Positions 18,822 through 26,771 of a stretch of DNA of 32,000 nucleotides are shown piece after piece (position 1 is the stretch's first letter; each line of letters begins with the position of its first letter). The notes beneath the pieces were generated by a model. It searched no databases. It had not been told where the DNA came from and saw nothing but the letters and a program-made list of their open reading frames with translations. The DNA is from Patescibacteria group bacterium (GTDB lineage: Bacteria; Patescibacteriota; UBA1384; XYA2-FULL-43-10). The stretch covers positions 60,001-92,000 of the forward strand of contig JBAYVT010000004.1 of assembly GCA_041674405.1 (NCBI GenBank). Direction: 5' to 3'. The position numbers and the translations under genes were made by a program.

Positions 18822-19393
18822 GAAACGTCCTCCAGTTTCCAATATTTTTGAGATTTATGCACAAAAAGAAATGAAAAAATGCCCGATGCTATTCCGAGAA
18901 GTGCTCCCCCTATAACATCGGAGGGATAATGTAGCCCTACGCCAATTCGGGAAATTGCAACCAAAATTGCAACGGCAAATAAAAATACTCCCAGTTTCTT
19001 GTGTCCATACAAAAATATTGCCGTTGCAATTGCAAAGGCAATATAGGTGTGAGAAGACGAAAAAGATGAGGTATGAATGCTAATATTTACATTTTCAGGG
19101 AAAACAAGCTCGGGATGAGAGATAAACGGACGGGGACGGCTCCAGAATATTGAAATAATAATGTCCGTAATCAAGGCCACCCCTGTTGCTAGAGCGGCGC
19201 CTATCAGAGCATTGATCCTTCTTTGCCAGATTAAATATATTGTTGAGAGGACCGAGATTATTACCCCGTAAGCAGCAAAAAAATAGAACAAAAGGCCAAG
19301 TGCGGGGTAGTTCAAATTTGCCCTATGGAAATAAAGGTATAACGTAAAATCGTAATGTCTGATTGCATCAAATAAATTCTGCATTAAATTCAT
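18818..19393 (-). CDS. PAP2-family membrane phosphatase
   Basis: SRPRPF, SFSSSHTYIAFAIATAI, SRIGVGLHYPSDVIGGALLG: the three PAP2 phosphatase motifs. Confidence 0.88.
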   Translation of the reverse strand: MNLMQNLFDAIRHYDFTLYLYFHRANLNYPALGLLFYFFAAYGVIISVLSTIYLIWQRRINALIGAALATGVALITDIIISIFWSRPRPFISHPELVFPENVNISIHTSSFSSSHTYIAFAIATAIFLYGHKKLGVFLFAVAILVAISRIGVGLHYPSDVIGGALLGIASGIFSFLFVHKSQKYWKLEDVS

Positions 19394-19420
19394 TCTAGCA
19401 CAGATGGTATAATGGTGGCT

Positions 19421-20482
19421 ATGAAAGACCTTTTTAGGTTGAAGCGAGAATTTTTAGAATACTGCGAGATTGAAAAGGGCCAATCTCTTTTGACGATTGA
19501 AAATTATGACAGATACCTGTCTCGTTTTTTAACTTGGCTAAAAACCGAGAAAACTCAAAACTCAATCCGCCAACCGGCGGGCAAAAGCCAAAACAAAGGG
19601 AGTGCACTACAGACTACAGACTACAGACTACGGACTTCTGATATTGACCAGGAGATTATTCGCAAATATCGTCTATACATCAATCGTTTGCAGGGGGCGG
19701 ATGGCAGAGAACTTAAGGCAACGACACAGAATCACCATATTTTGGCCTTGAGGGCATTTTTGCGCTACCTTTCCTTTTCCGGTGAGAAGGTAATTTCGCC
19801 GGAAAAATTGACATTGGCCAAAACCGGAGATCGGGAAGTGAGTTTTCTGAACAAGGAGGAATATCTGCGCCTGCTTGATGCCCCGAATACCGCGAATTTG
19901 AATGGCCTACGTGATAAATCAATGCTTGAGCTTTTGTTTTCGACCGGTTTGCGCGTTTCTGAGCTTTGCGGCCTCAAGCTGGGGCAGATGAATTTTGACA
20001 AAGGAGAAATTGCTGTTCTGGGAAAAGGGAAAAAACTGAGAGTAGTATTCTTGTCAGATGTTACGCTCAAATATTTGGCCGACTATCTTGTAAACCGCAA
20101 AGTTTTGAAAATTATCGCTGACGACAGCTCAAGTCAATTGCAATATTTTATTTCAGAAACTTATAAAGATGATCCAGTTTTTCTTTCAAATCGCAAGAAT
20201 CCAATCAAACCCAGAGCAGTGGAGCGCCTGGTACAGAAATATGCCAAAGTTGCCGGAATTACTAAAACAGTCACGCCCCACACTCTTCGCCACACTTTCG
20301 CAACTGACTTGCTCGGTGCTGGTGCTGACATTCGTAGCGTTCAATCGCTTTTAGGGCATTCTAATATTTCCACGACTCAAGTCTATACTCACGTCACCGA
20401 CAAACACCTGAGGGAGATACACCAGAAATTCCACGATCGATCTCGTATAGAAGTAGATGAGGAACAAAAAAATTCGGGTTAA
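19421..20482 (+). CDS. Tyrosine recombinase, XerC/XerD family
   Basis: LLFSTGLRVSELCGLKLG ... TPHTLRHTFATDLLGAGADIRSVQSLLGHSNISTTQVYTHV. Track start is 19412, but TATAAT at 19408-19413 overlaps that start, so 19421 is preferred. Confidence 0.92.
   Translation: MKDLFRLKREFLEYCEIEKGQSLLTIENYDRYLSRFLTWLKTEKTQNSIRQPAGKSQNKGSALQTTDYRLRTSDIDQEIIRKYRLYINRLQGADGRELKATTQNHHILALRAFLRYLSFSGEKVISPEKLTLAKTGDREVSFLNKEEYLRLLDAPNTANLNGLRDKSMLELLFSTGLRVSELCGLKLGQMNFDKGEIAVLGKGKKLRVVFLSDVTLKYLADYLVNRKVLKIIADDSSSQLQYFISETYKDDPVFLSNRKNPIKPRAVERLVQKYAKVAGITKTVTPHTLRHTFATDLLGAGADIRSVQSLLGHSNISTTQVYTHVTDKHLREIHQKFHDRSRIEVDEEQKNSG
19606..19640 (+). repeat. Heptamer array ACTACAG x3, ACTACGG, ACTTCTG inside the recombinase gene
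   Basis: Direct reading; encodes in-frame ALQTTDYRLRTSD. Confidence 0.85.
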
Positions 20483-20494
20483 ACCGAATTTTTT
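20470..20494 (+). terminator. Intrinsic terminator after the Xer gene
   Basis: AAATTCGG-GTTAAA-CCGAATTT followed by TTT. Confidence 0.7.
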
Positions 20495-20509
20495 AATATC
20501 CAATATTGA

Positions 20510-20680
20510 TTAATTGTTATCTGGTATATCATTCCACATATCGAATACTTCTACCTGGCAAATCGCCACCTCTTTGGGGCAGTTGGCGATTTCTGTTTTG
20601 ATCTGCTCGATACGATGAAAATTCGAATTCACAGGAATTTTTGTTTTTGTATCTTCAATTTTATTTACTTTGAGTTTCAT
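20510..20680 (-). CDS. Possible small protein (56 aa)
   Basis: Manual ORF MKLKVNKIEDTKTKIPVNSNFHRIEQIKTEIANCPKEVAICQVEVFDMWNDIPDNN; below the track length cutoff; weak RBS. Confidence 0.3.
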   Translation of the reverse strand: MKLKVNKIEDTKTKIPVNSNFHRIEQIKTEIANCPKEVAICQVEVFDMWNDIPDNN

Positions 20681-20747
20681 TTTTGTTTTGCCTTCGGCAA
20701 TTACTTATGAACATAAGAACTTATGAACGGAAGAACAATTTTATGTT

Positions 20748-20779
20748 TCGGTTCTTCAGTCCTTCGGTTCTTCAGTTTC
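20748..20779 (+). repeat. Intergenic 8-nt unit array (TCGGTTCT TCAGTCCT TCGGTTCT TCAGTTTC)
   Basis: Direct reading; its reverse complement matches the ACCGAAGA/ACTGAAGA units inside valS. Confidence 0.8.
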
Positions 20780-20811
20780 CGAAGGGATTAGATCATTATA
20801 ACAAAAACGAC

Positions 20812-20838
20812 ACCCCGTGTCAACCAGTGACACGGGGT
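20812..20838 (-). terminator. Intrinsic terminator for the GC-rich ORF 20895..21389
   Basis: ACCCCGTGTCA-ACCAG-TGACACGGGGT perfect 11-bp stem; on the minus strand it is followed by GTCGTTTTTG. Confidence 0.75.
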
Positions 20839-20894
20839 ACAGCTCTCGTCTATTCCGTTGTGGCCCAGTCTTGAGCTTGGCGGTTGGTTGGGGG

Positions 20895-21389
20895 TTATCC
20901 GGCACCCCCGTTCCAGTGTTTACCCAGCTCCGGAGGCTCCTCCGGCTGGATGTGCGGCTGTCCGGCGGGCGTCGGCGGATCAGCTCGTCTTGTTCGTTTG
21001 CGACAAGCAAGGACAACGATCGCCAGCCCAGCCAGAATAGCCAAGGTAACTCTGTAGTTCCCTGCCAGGCCCAGAGTGATCACCAGGGCCCCGATACACC
21101 ACAGCATTGCCTTAGCCGACATCTCCCTGCTCTGTTCCCTGCTATTGTCGATACCACGGCTACTGCCCATGGTCGCTCCTTTCCTCAATTTCGGAATTCG
21201 CTTCAGAAGTTGCGAGAGTGCCAGTGGCCAATTTGTCCGAAGGACAACAAATATGGCTGCTGCGCAGGCAAGGGCAAAAACGATCATTGCGAAGTAGGCA
21301 AGAATCCCGATCGAGTTGAGTGTCCCGATCGTGAATATTGCTGTGAACGTTCCGACAAGCAACCCACTCGACGATTTTTGTGGCAACAA
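20895..21389 (-). CDS. Small GC-rich membrane protein of unknown function
   Basis: TTG start with AGGAGG six nt upstream; several hydrophobic segments (LLVGTFTAIFTIGTLNSIGILAYFAMIVFALACAAAIFVVL; AMLWCIGALVITLGLAG; VTLAILAGLAIVVLAC); terminator downstream. Confidence 0.6.
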   Translation of the reverse strand: MLPQKSSSGLLVGTFTAIFTIGTLNSIGILAYFAMIVFALACAAAIFVVLRTNWPLALSQLLKRIPKLRKGATMGSSRGIDNSREQSREMSAKAMLWCIGALVITLGLAGNYRVTLAILAGLAIVVLACRKRTRRADPPTPAGQPHIQPEEPPELGKHWNGGAG

Positions 21390-21478
21390 TTTCGACCTCC
21401 TGAGGGACGGGCTTGTTTGTTCGCAGAAACAAAAAACACAACGAGCAACAACTAGAAATCCAGGGTGTTACCGCTGTG

Positions 21479-22807
21479 TCACCTGTCTTCTCCAAACAAA
21501 CGGATAAGTTCCTCACGTACGACCTTGCGGTCGGAGTAGGGAACGAACTCATGTAAGCCGACTGCCATCACTTCTTCTGCTCCTTTTCCAGTAACGACAA
21601 CAACATCATTTTTTTTTGCTTCCTTTATCGCTTTGTGAATAGCTTGTTTTCGATCGAGGACTTTCCAATAATTTCGATTCAACCGCCACTGATGTTTCTT
21701 GCCGCCGCGGAAAATACCCTCTGAAACCTGCTCGATAATATCGGCAGGATTCTCGTCATACGGATCTTCGTCGGTAAAAATCACCAGATCAGCATAGTGT
21801 CCGGCAAGCGCGCCCATGATCGGGCGCTTAGTCTTGTCTCTATGGCCGGTGGCACCAAGCACGGCGATCAATCGCCCACCAGTTTTTTGTATGCTATCAG
21901 TCACTGTTTCATAAACATTTTTCAGGGAATCGGCGTTGTGGGCATAGTCCACGATTACGGTAAAGTCTTGTTTTTTACTTACTTTAATCGATTCCATTCT
22001 CCCGGTAACTCCGGACATATTCTCAAGTCCCATCCTAGTCTTTTCTGTATCGAGTCCCAAGGCAAGACCGACAGAAAATGCGGCTAAAGCATTTAGAACG
22101 TTAAAAATTCCTGGCATTTTCAAGTTGATTGTGGACTGGCCATTGTCGTATGCGGCAGTGAAAGTAACGCTCTCGGGAGAGGTCAATATTTTTCTTGCAA
22201 CCGCTCCGTGATCAACCTGCTTCTTAACTGAGTACAAAAATTTTTCGGAGGCTGGGAGAGAGTAGAATTTATTCCATTCTGCGTCATCACTATTGATAAT
22301 AAATTTTGCTTTTGGGTGATCGCGGAAAAGTTTAAGTTTGGCGTTCAGATAGTTCTCTTTGGTTTTGTGATACTCCATGTGCTCGTGCGAAAGGTTGGTG
22401 TAAACCAACACATCGAAATCGATTCCATAAATCCTGTTTTGGTCGATCGCTTGTGAAGTCACCTCTAAAATTGCATATTCACACTTATTGGCCACCGCTC
22501 TTTTCAAAAATCTTTGAATCACATCGGAGGGAGGAGTTGTTACCCATCGATCTTTGGTTTTGTGCGCGGTTATTTCGTCGTTTATTTTCGTATTGATGGT
22601 TGTTTCCATCGCGTTTTTGATGCCATTGGCATCGAGAACAGAAGCGATCATATTACAAACGGTGGTTTTCCCTTTGGTACCGGTAACGCCGATTACTTTG
22701 AGTTTTTTCGCCGGGTGGCCATATTTAAAACCGGCCCATGAAGCCTCAGCTCTGTGGAGCTTGTTTTTCGTTTTCTGCGATAAAATTTTAGATATTAGTC
22801 GTTTCAT
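21479..22807 (-). CDS. murE: Mur ligase, MurE-like (UDP-N-acetylmuramyl peptide ligase), lacking a full N-terminal substrate domain
   Basis: VIGVTGTKGKTTVCNMIASVL, NLSHEHMEYHKT, TVIVDYAHNADSLKNVY, ATGHRDKTKRPIMG, FTDEDPYDENPADI. Confidence 0.85.
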   Translation of the reverse strand: MKRLISKILSQKTKNKLHRAEASWAGFKYGHPAKKLKVIGVTGTKGKTTVCNMIASVLDANGIKNAMETTINTKINDEITAHKTKDRWVTTPPSDVIQRFLKRAVANKCEYAILEVTSQAIDQNRIYGIDFDVLVYTNLSHEHMEYHKTKENYLNAKLKLFRDHPKAKFIINSDDAEWNKFYSLPASEKFLYSVKKQVDHGAVARKILTSPESVTFTAAYDNGQSTINLKMPGIFNVLNALAAFSVGLALGLDTEKTRMGLENMSGVTGRMESIKVSKKQDFTVIVDYAHNADSLKNVYETVTDSIQKTGGRLIAVLGATGHRDKTKRPIMGALAGHYADLVIFTDEDPYDENPADIIEQVSEGIFRGGKKHQWRLNRNYWKVLDRKQAIHKAIKEAKKNDVVVVTGKGAEEVMAVGLHEFVPYSDRKVVREELIRLFGEDR

Positions 22808-22812
22808 ATTTT

Positions 22813-22882
22813 ATTGCTAAATTGCTGTATTGCTAAATTGCTTACACAACAATTTGACAATTTAACCATTTAACAATTTATC
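22813..22882 (+). repeat. Two intergenic 8-nt unit arrays between the femAB-like gene and murE
   Basis: ATTGCTAA ATTGCTGT ATTGCTAA ATTGCTTA (22813-22844) and AATTTGAC AATTTAAC CATTTAAC AATTTATC (22851-22882). Confidence 0.8.
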
Positions 22883-23792
22883 TTCGGATTTTTTCCGCAA
22901 TTTTAAATAATTGGTATTCGAATGGTTTATAAACCTTGTCGTAACTGCCCATAATTTTAACTTCATCTCCACCGAACTGCTTTTTGAATCTGGTAACTCC
23001 TGCCCATAAGTGGCGCGGGTTGTCATCCGGCGCAATTCCGAAGAAGTCGTATATTTTGCAGCCGCGGCTTATGGCATTTTGAATCATTTCCCATTGTAAT
23101 TTGTATGGCGCCATTAGGTTCTTGAATTCGTCACTTGAGGCACCAAAAAGATAGATTGCTGAGCCCTGATAAATGCTGCAGATTGCCGCTGCTAAGACGA
23201 CTTCCTCACCTTCAATTTCGGCATAAGCTTCGAACAACTCACAATATCCCTTGGGTTCAAGAAAGTCAAGCAACTTCTGAAAATATTCCTCACCTCTAAA
23301 TGTAATTCCATGTCTCTTGCCTGTCTTCTCGTAGAGCTTGTAAAAATTACTGGCATCTCTTGTTTTTCTCACCAGAATATTATTTTTTTCGGCAACCTTG
23401 ATGTTATAGCGGCCTTTCTGTTTCATCTCACCAAGAAGGTCATCATTCGATTTGGAGAGGTCAAGAACTAGGGTGTGTTCCGGCTGCATCTCCTCGAAAG
23501 ATTTAATTAGTCCATAGTCTGTAGTCTGTAGTTCATAGTCTGTGGGGATATCGAATTCAATCCGGTAGAAAATTGCATTTTCCTCTTTTGCTATTTGAAA
23601 GGTTTGGTTCCAGTAGCTTTGGTTTTTGACATTTGAAATTTGATCTTGACTCGCCATCGGCGAGTATAACATCGACCTTCCCATTGGCAGGTCTTTTTTG
23701 AGCACCAAAATATCCTCGACGCGAAAGGATTTCGAATAGCCTGTAGCGAGTTTAAATTTCTCCCATTCGGGAGATTGAAATATAGAACTCAT
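22878..23792 (-). CDS. FemAB/FemX-like peptidoglycan bridge aminoacyltransferase (GNAT fold)
   Basis: MKQKGRYNIKVAEKN, GSAIYLFGASSDEFKNLMAPYKLQWEMIQNAISRGCKIYDFFGIAPDDNPRHLWAGVTRFKKQFGG. Confidence 0.88.
   Translation of the reverse strand: MSSIFQSPEWEKFKLATGYSKSFRVEDILVLKKDLPMGRSMLYSPMASQDQISNVKNQSYWNQTFQIAKEENAIFYRIEFDIPTDYELQTTDYGLIKSFEEMQPEHTLVLDLSKSNDDLLGEMKQKGRYNIKVAEKNNILVRKTRDASNFYKLYEKTGKRHGITFRGEEYFQKLLDFLEPKGYCELFEAYAEIEGEEVVLAAAICSIYQGSAIYLFGASSDEFKNLMAPYKLQWEMIQNAISRGCKIYDFFGIAPDDNPRHLWAGVTRFKKQFGGDEVKIMGSYDKVYKPFEYQLFKIAEKIRR
23513..23543 (-). repeat. Heptamer array in the femAB-like gene (minus strand ACAGACT ATGAACT ACAGACT ACAGACT)
   Basis: Direct reading; encodes TDYELQTTDYG. 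Confidence 0.8.
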
Positions 23793-23828
23793 TACCTAAA
23801 TATTATCACTCTTGCCTCTTGCTGCCAA

Positions 23829-23871
23829 TAAAAAAGAGGGCCTCCTGACCCGGTGGGACTGGGTCGGAGGC
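23829..23871 (-). terminator. Intrinsic terminator for the small gene 23886..24110
   Basis: GCCTCCTGACCC/GGGTCGGAGGC stem with one bulge; T6 tract on the minus strand (AAAAAA at 23829). Confidence 0.7.
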
Positions 23872-23885
23872 GGTGCGGGTTGCGG

Positions 23886-24110
23886 CTATCCTGAGAGAAT
23901 ATCGCATCCCCGGGGAGGCTCCTTGCGATGGCCATGGATTGCCTTCATTGCCGTCAGGCGGTAGCTCTGTCCATGTATCTTCGACATCGCTTCGTGGTGA
24001 CGGATGCGCCACATAACGCGCTCCGTCATACCTGGCTTGGGTAAATCGGAATGGGCTCCGACCACCAAACCAAGCGTACATCCCAATCTCTGATTTGCTG
24101 TCTTTATCAT
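23886..24110 (-). CDS. Small GC-rich cationic protein, unknown function
   Basis: MIKTANQRLGCTLGLVVGAHSDLPKPGMTERVMWRIRHHEAMSKIHGQSYRLTAMKAIHGHRKEPPRGCDILSG; GGAGG upstream; terminator directly after. The overlapping alternative frame 23806..24144 reads through the terminator and is less likely. Confidence 0.45.
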   Translation of the reverse strand: MIKTANQRLGCTLGLVVGAHSDLPKPGMTERVMWRIRHHEAMSKIHGQSYRLTAMKAIHGHRKEPPRGCDILSG

Positions 24111-24208
24111 GTCCACCACTCCTCCAGAAGTTCTGTGATTCCAAGCTAGTGTAAAATTACTATAATGTCAAGCTCTGCATTAGATAATTTGGCATATAAA
24201 AAATTAAG

Positions 24209-24233
24209 CCCCCACCTAGCGTGTAGGTGGGGG
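24209..24233 (-). terminator. Intrinsic terminator overlapping the 3' end of ORF 24216..24404
   Basis: CCCCCACCTA/TAGGTGGGGG perfect 10-bp stem, then CTTAATTTTTT on the minus strand. Confidence 0.8.
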
Positions 24234-24404
24234 TGCGACTTGCGGGACCATCTCGATGCTGTTGCGCGGCACTTCGTGCCGTCTCAGTGTACCGCCATCG
24301 AGAGCGGCGCGGACGACAGCTTTGCCGCCTTTGTATTCGATGAGAGTACCACCAGTGTACTTGCCGTCTTTCTGCCTGATTCTCACGCGCGCGTTGATGG
24401 GCAT
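24216..24404 (-). CDS. Small basic, probably beta-rich (SH3-like?) protein
   Basis: MPINARVRIRQKDGKYTGGTLIEYKGGKAVVRAALDGGTLRRHEVPRNSIEMVPQVAPPPTR; GAGGTG SD 7 nt from ATG; own terminator. Confidence 0.55.
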   Translation of the reverse strand: MPINARVRIRQKDGKYTGGTLIEYKGGKAVVRAALDGGTLRRHEVPRNSIEMVPQVAPPPTR

Positions 24405-24496
24405 GCCTTTCACCTCGTGGCAGTATTTCAGTCCAACTCATTGTTAATATATCAAAAAAATATGCAGAGTAAACAGCAACACCGCAGGCGTGTTGC

Positions 24497-24826
24497 CTAC
24501 GGTGCGCGGTCGCTTCGAGGCGAAGTTGCCCAGTCTACACAGCCCAGGAGGCCTGCGTGGACGAGCGGGCGAATAGCCCCTGCCAACTTGGTCGTCGTCA
24601 TCGGGTCGCGTGGAATTCCATCCCAGGAAATGATGGTTCCGTTTCTGAAGTAGCGGGGCGTTTCCTTACCATCCCTGTTATAGGTGGTGACTTTGACGAT
24701 CCCGCATGGCTCCAGATTGTAACCGCCATTGCCTGTGATTCTGTCCACATCTGCCAACATGGTTGCGATTAGGCGTCGCTCTTTGGAAGACAGACAGCTC
24801 CTTCGCTTTAGCACCATGAGGTGCAA
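24497..24826 (-). CDS. Small GC-rich protein of unknown function (about 109 aa)
   Basis: TTG start with AAGGAGG 8 nt upstream; promoter-like TTGACT-18-CATAAT upstream. Confidence 0.5.
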   Translation of the reverse strand: MHLMVLKRRSCLSSKERRLIATMLADVDRITGNGGYNLEPCGIVKVTTYNRDGKETPRYFRNGTIISWDGIPRDPMTTTKLAGAIRPLVHAGLLGCVDWATSPRSDRAP

Positions 24827-24866
24827 GGTGATAACCTCCTTCTTCGACAGAATTCCAATCCTCTGC

Positions 24867-24896
24867 ATTATGGTTTTAGATAATTGATTGAGTCAA
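24867..24896 (-). promoter_or_regulatory. Sigma-70-like promoter for ORF 24497..24826
   Basis: Minus strand TTGACT (24891-24896), 18-nt spacer, CATAAT (24867-24872). Confidence 0.5.
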
Positions 24897-24953
24897 CCCA
24901 ACAATTTTCCGAGTGGTAAAAAGTTTGGTTTTGTGCTAGAATTTTTCAGTTAA

Positions 24954-26168
24954 ATGACAAAGAAAAACCTAAAAATTTTAGCAATCGAAACAAGCTGTGA
25001 TGAGACGGCTGCTGCTGTGATTTCTGAAAATCGAAATAAACCAGAAATACTATCGAACATTGTTTCTTCACAAATTGATCTTCATGCTAAGACCGGCGGA
25101 GTAGTGCCGGAAGTTGCATCGAGAGCGCATATGGAGGCGATATTGCCTGTCGTAAGTGAGGCGCTTGTACAGGCAAAACTCAAAAATCCAGAAAAACTAC
25201 GGACTACGGACTACAACCTACAAACTGGTCTGTCGGATATCACCCATATTGCCGTAACTGCTGGGCCAGGGCTGATCGGCTCACTCTTGGTTGGGTTCAA
25301 CACGGCAAAATCGCTGGCTTATTCGCTGGATTTGCCAATCATTCCAATCAATCATATAGAAGGACATGTGTACTCCGCATTCGCGGAGCAATTTCCAATT
25401 CCCAATTTCCAATTTCCAATTCTAGCATTGACTGTGTCTGGCGGCCATAGCTCGTTAACTTTGATGAAAGATCACGGAATCTATGAAAATTTGGGTCAGA
25501 CTTTAGATGATGCGGCGGGAGAAGCTTTCGACAAGGTTGCGAAACTTCTCGATCTTGGTTATCCAGGAGGACCGGTGGTTTCTAAACTCGCGGACGAGTT
25601 AAGAAACAAAGTCAAAAATCAAAGATCACCCGTCTCGGCCGAGGCACGATCCGAGGTCGGAAAGATCAAAAATAATAAAGAAAAAAATAGCAATTTAACA
25701 ATGAAACAATTTAACAACGAGATTGTATTTCCCCGTCCGATTCTGAATGACGGCACATTCAATTTCTCATTTTCCGGATTAAAAACCGCGGTTTTGACGG
25801 AGGTGGTCAAACTAAGGACTAAGGACTACGAACTACCGACTAGTGAAATCTGTGCGGCATTTGAAGATTCGCTTACCGATGTGCTTACGACAAAAACAAT
25901 GAGAGCGATTGATAAATTCAAACCAAAAGGTTTGATTCTTGCCGGAGGAGTAGCGGCCAACAGCTATCTGCAAGCCGAACTTCAACGGAAGGTTAATGAA
26001 TACAATCAGACTTTAAAGAAAAGAGATCAGATTAATTTTTATATGCCTCCGCGGGATATGACAGGTGACAATGCGGCGATGATCGGTCTTGCAGCTTACT
26101 ATCATATATCGAGGGGAGATGTAAAAGGGTGGGACGAGATCGAAGTCGATTCAAATTTTAAGCTCTAA
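24954..26168 (+). CDS. tsaD: tRNA N6-adenosine threonylcarbamoyltransferase TsaD
   Basis: ILAIETSCDETAAAVI, VPEVASRAHMEAILPV, HIAVTAGPGLIGSLLVG, NHIEGHVYSAF, LTVSGGHSSL, DDAAGEAFDKVAKLL, FSFSGLKTA, LILAGGVAANSYL, DNAAMIG. Confidence 0.97.
   Translation: MTKKNLKILAIETSCDETAAAVISENRNKPEILSNIVSSQIDLHAKTGGVVPEVASRAHMEAILPVVSEALVQAKLKNPEKLRTTDYNLQTGLSDITHIAVTAGPGLIGSLLVGFNTAKSLAYSLDLPIIPINHIEGHVYSAFAEQFPIPNFQFPILALTVSGGHSSLTLMKDHGIYENLGQTLDDAAGEAFDKVAKLLDLGYPGGPVVSKLADELRNKVKNQRSPVSAEARSEVGKIKNNKEKNSNLTMKQFNNEIVFPRPILNDGTFNFSFSGLKTAVLTEVVKLRTKDYELPTSEICAAFEDSLTDVLTTKTMRAIDKFKPKGLILAGGVAANSYLQAELQRKVNEYNQTLKKRDQINFYMPPRDMTGDNAAMIGLAAYYHISRGDVKGWDEIEVDSNFKL
25196..25223 (+). repeat. Heptamer array in tsaD (ACTACGG ACTACGG ACTACAA CCTACAA)
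   Basis: Encodes KLRTTDYNLQT, an insertion just before the conserved HIAVTAGPGL block. Confidence 0.8.
25391..25425 (+). repeat. Heptamer array in tsaD (ATTTCCA ATTCCCA ATTTCCA ATTTCCA ATTCTAG)
   Basis: Encodes FPIPNFQFPIL between NHIEGH and LTVSGGH. Confidence 0.8.
25691..25714 (+). repeat. 8-nt unit array in tsaD (CAATTTAA CAATGAAA CAATTTAA)
   Basis: Part of a larger insertion before the conserved FPRP block. Confidence 0.65.
25811..25845 (+). repeat. Heptamer array in tsaD (ACTAAGG ACTAAGG ACTACGA ACTACCG ACTAGTG)
   Basis: Encodes KLRTKDYELPTSE. Confidence 0.8.
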
Positions 26169-26177
26169 AACGGCGAA

Positions 26178-26203
26178 CGCCACCCCGATGTTCTGGGGTG
26201 GCG
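26178..26203. terminator. Stem-loop between convergent tsaD and ORF 26230..26730
   Basis: CGCCACCCC/GGGGTGGCG 9-bp perfect stem; weak T tracts on either side. Confidence 0.5.
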
Positions 26204-26229
26204 CGCTTTGTTCTTGGTGGTGGCCGCTA

Positions 26230-26730
26230 CTAGGCGACCAACCGCAGGGTCGTGTCGAAGCCGGAAAGCCAGGTCGCGACCTGGTCGTAGGCCTCTCTGG
26301 CCCCGTTGTCGAAGTCCTCAGGCCGCAGGATCTGGTCGCTGGGGACCATTATCCGCGACTGCAGCTCCGCTTCCGGAACGCCGGTTGCCCGCTCTGTGGC
26401 CTCGAAGGGCGCTCCTGCTAGGAAGTCCTCGATGGTTAACGGGCCGCCGGAAGTGACATCCCCGAACTGCTTGGATGAGATGACCACATAGCCGCCAGTG
26501 GCGAGCGTGGCCATCATGTCGATGTGGGTCCGAGCAACGTTCCTCTCGGTGACGTAGTAGAGCTCGGCGACGCGGACGTCGCGGGCCATCACAAAGTTGG
26601 GAATGTTCCCCGGAACATGGCGCGGCGCCAGGCGGACCGGAGTGAACGGCGCGTCCTCAAGTGCCTTTGCGAGAAGGCGCCCATGGCCGGGGTTGCCGGC
26701 CACGATGAGCAATGTGGCTTGGTTTATCAC
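26230..26730 (-). CDS. GC-rich protein of unknown function (about 166 aa)
   Basis: GTG start with GGAGG 8 nt upstream; VINQATLLIVAGNPGHGRLLAKALEDAPFTPVRLAPRHVPG...; near-consensus promoter upstream. Confidence 0.65.
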   Translation of the reverse strand: MINQATLLIVAGNPGHGRLLAKALEDAPFTPVRLAPRHVPGNIPNFVMARDVRVAELYYVTERNVARTHIDMMATLATGGYVVISSKQFGDVTSGGPLTIEDFLAGAPFEATERATGVPEAELQSRIMVPSDQILRPEDFDNGAREAYDQVATWLSGFDTTLRLVA

Positions 26731-26771
26731 AAGCATTACCTCCATGGGTTTGTTCCGTCCTGCTCGAGCAT

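Noticed and set aside
19421-20482. Xer-like recombinase as evidence for an integrated mobile element
   Set aside because: No flanking att-like repeats, tRNA gene or relaxase seen; sequence is typical of chromosomal XerC/D-type enzymes.
21160-21552. Minus-strand ORF MSSFPTPTARSYVRNL...
   Set aside because: Overlaps murE 3' end and the better supported 20895..21389 ORF; no convincing SD or domain.
23806-24144. Minus-strand 112-aa ORF MESQNFWRSGG...
   Set aside because: Overlaps the SD-led 23886..24110 ORF in another frame and reads through its intrinsic terminator.
24160-24441. Minus-strand ORF MSWTEILPRGERHAHQRARENQ...
   Set aside because: Arg/Gln/His-rich shadow frame of the 24216..24404 gene; also crosses the terminator.
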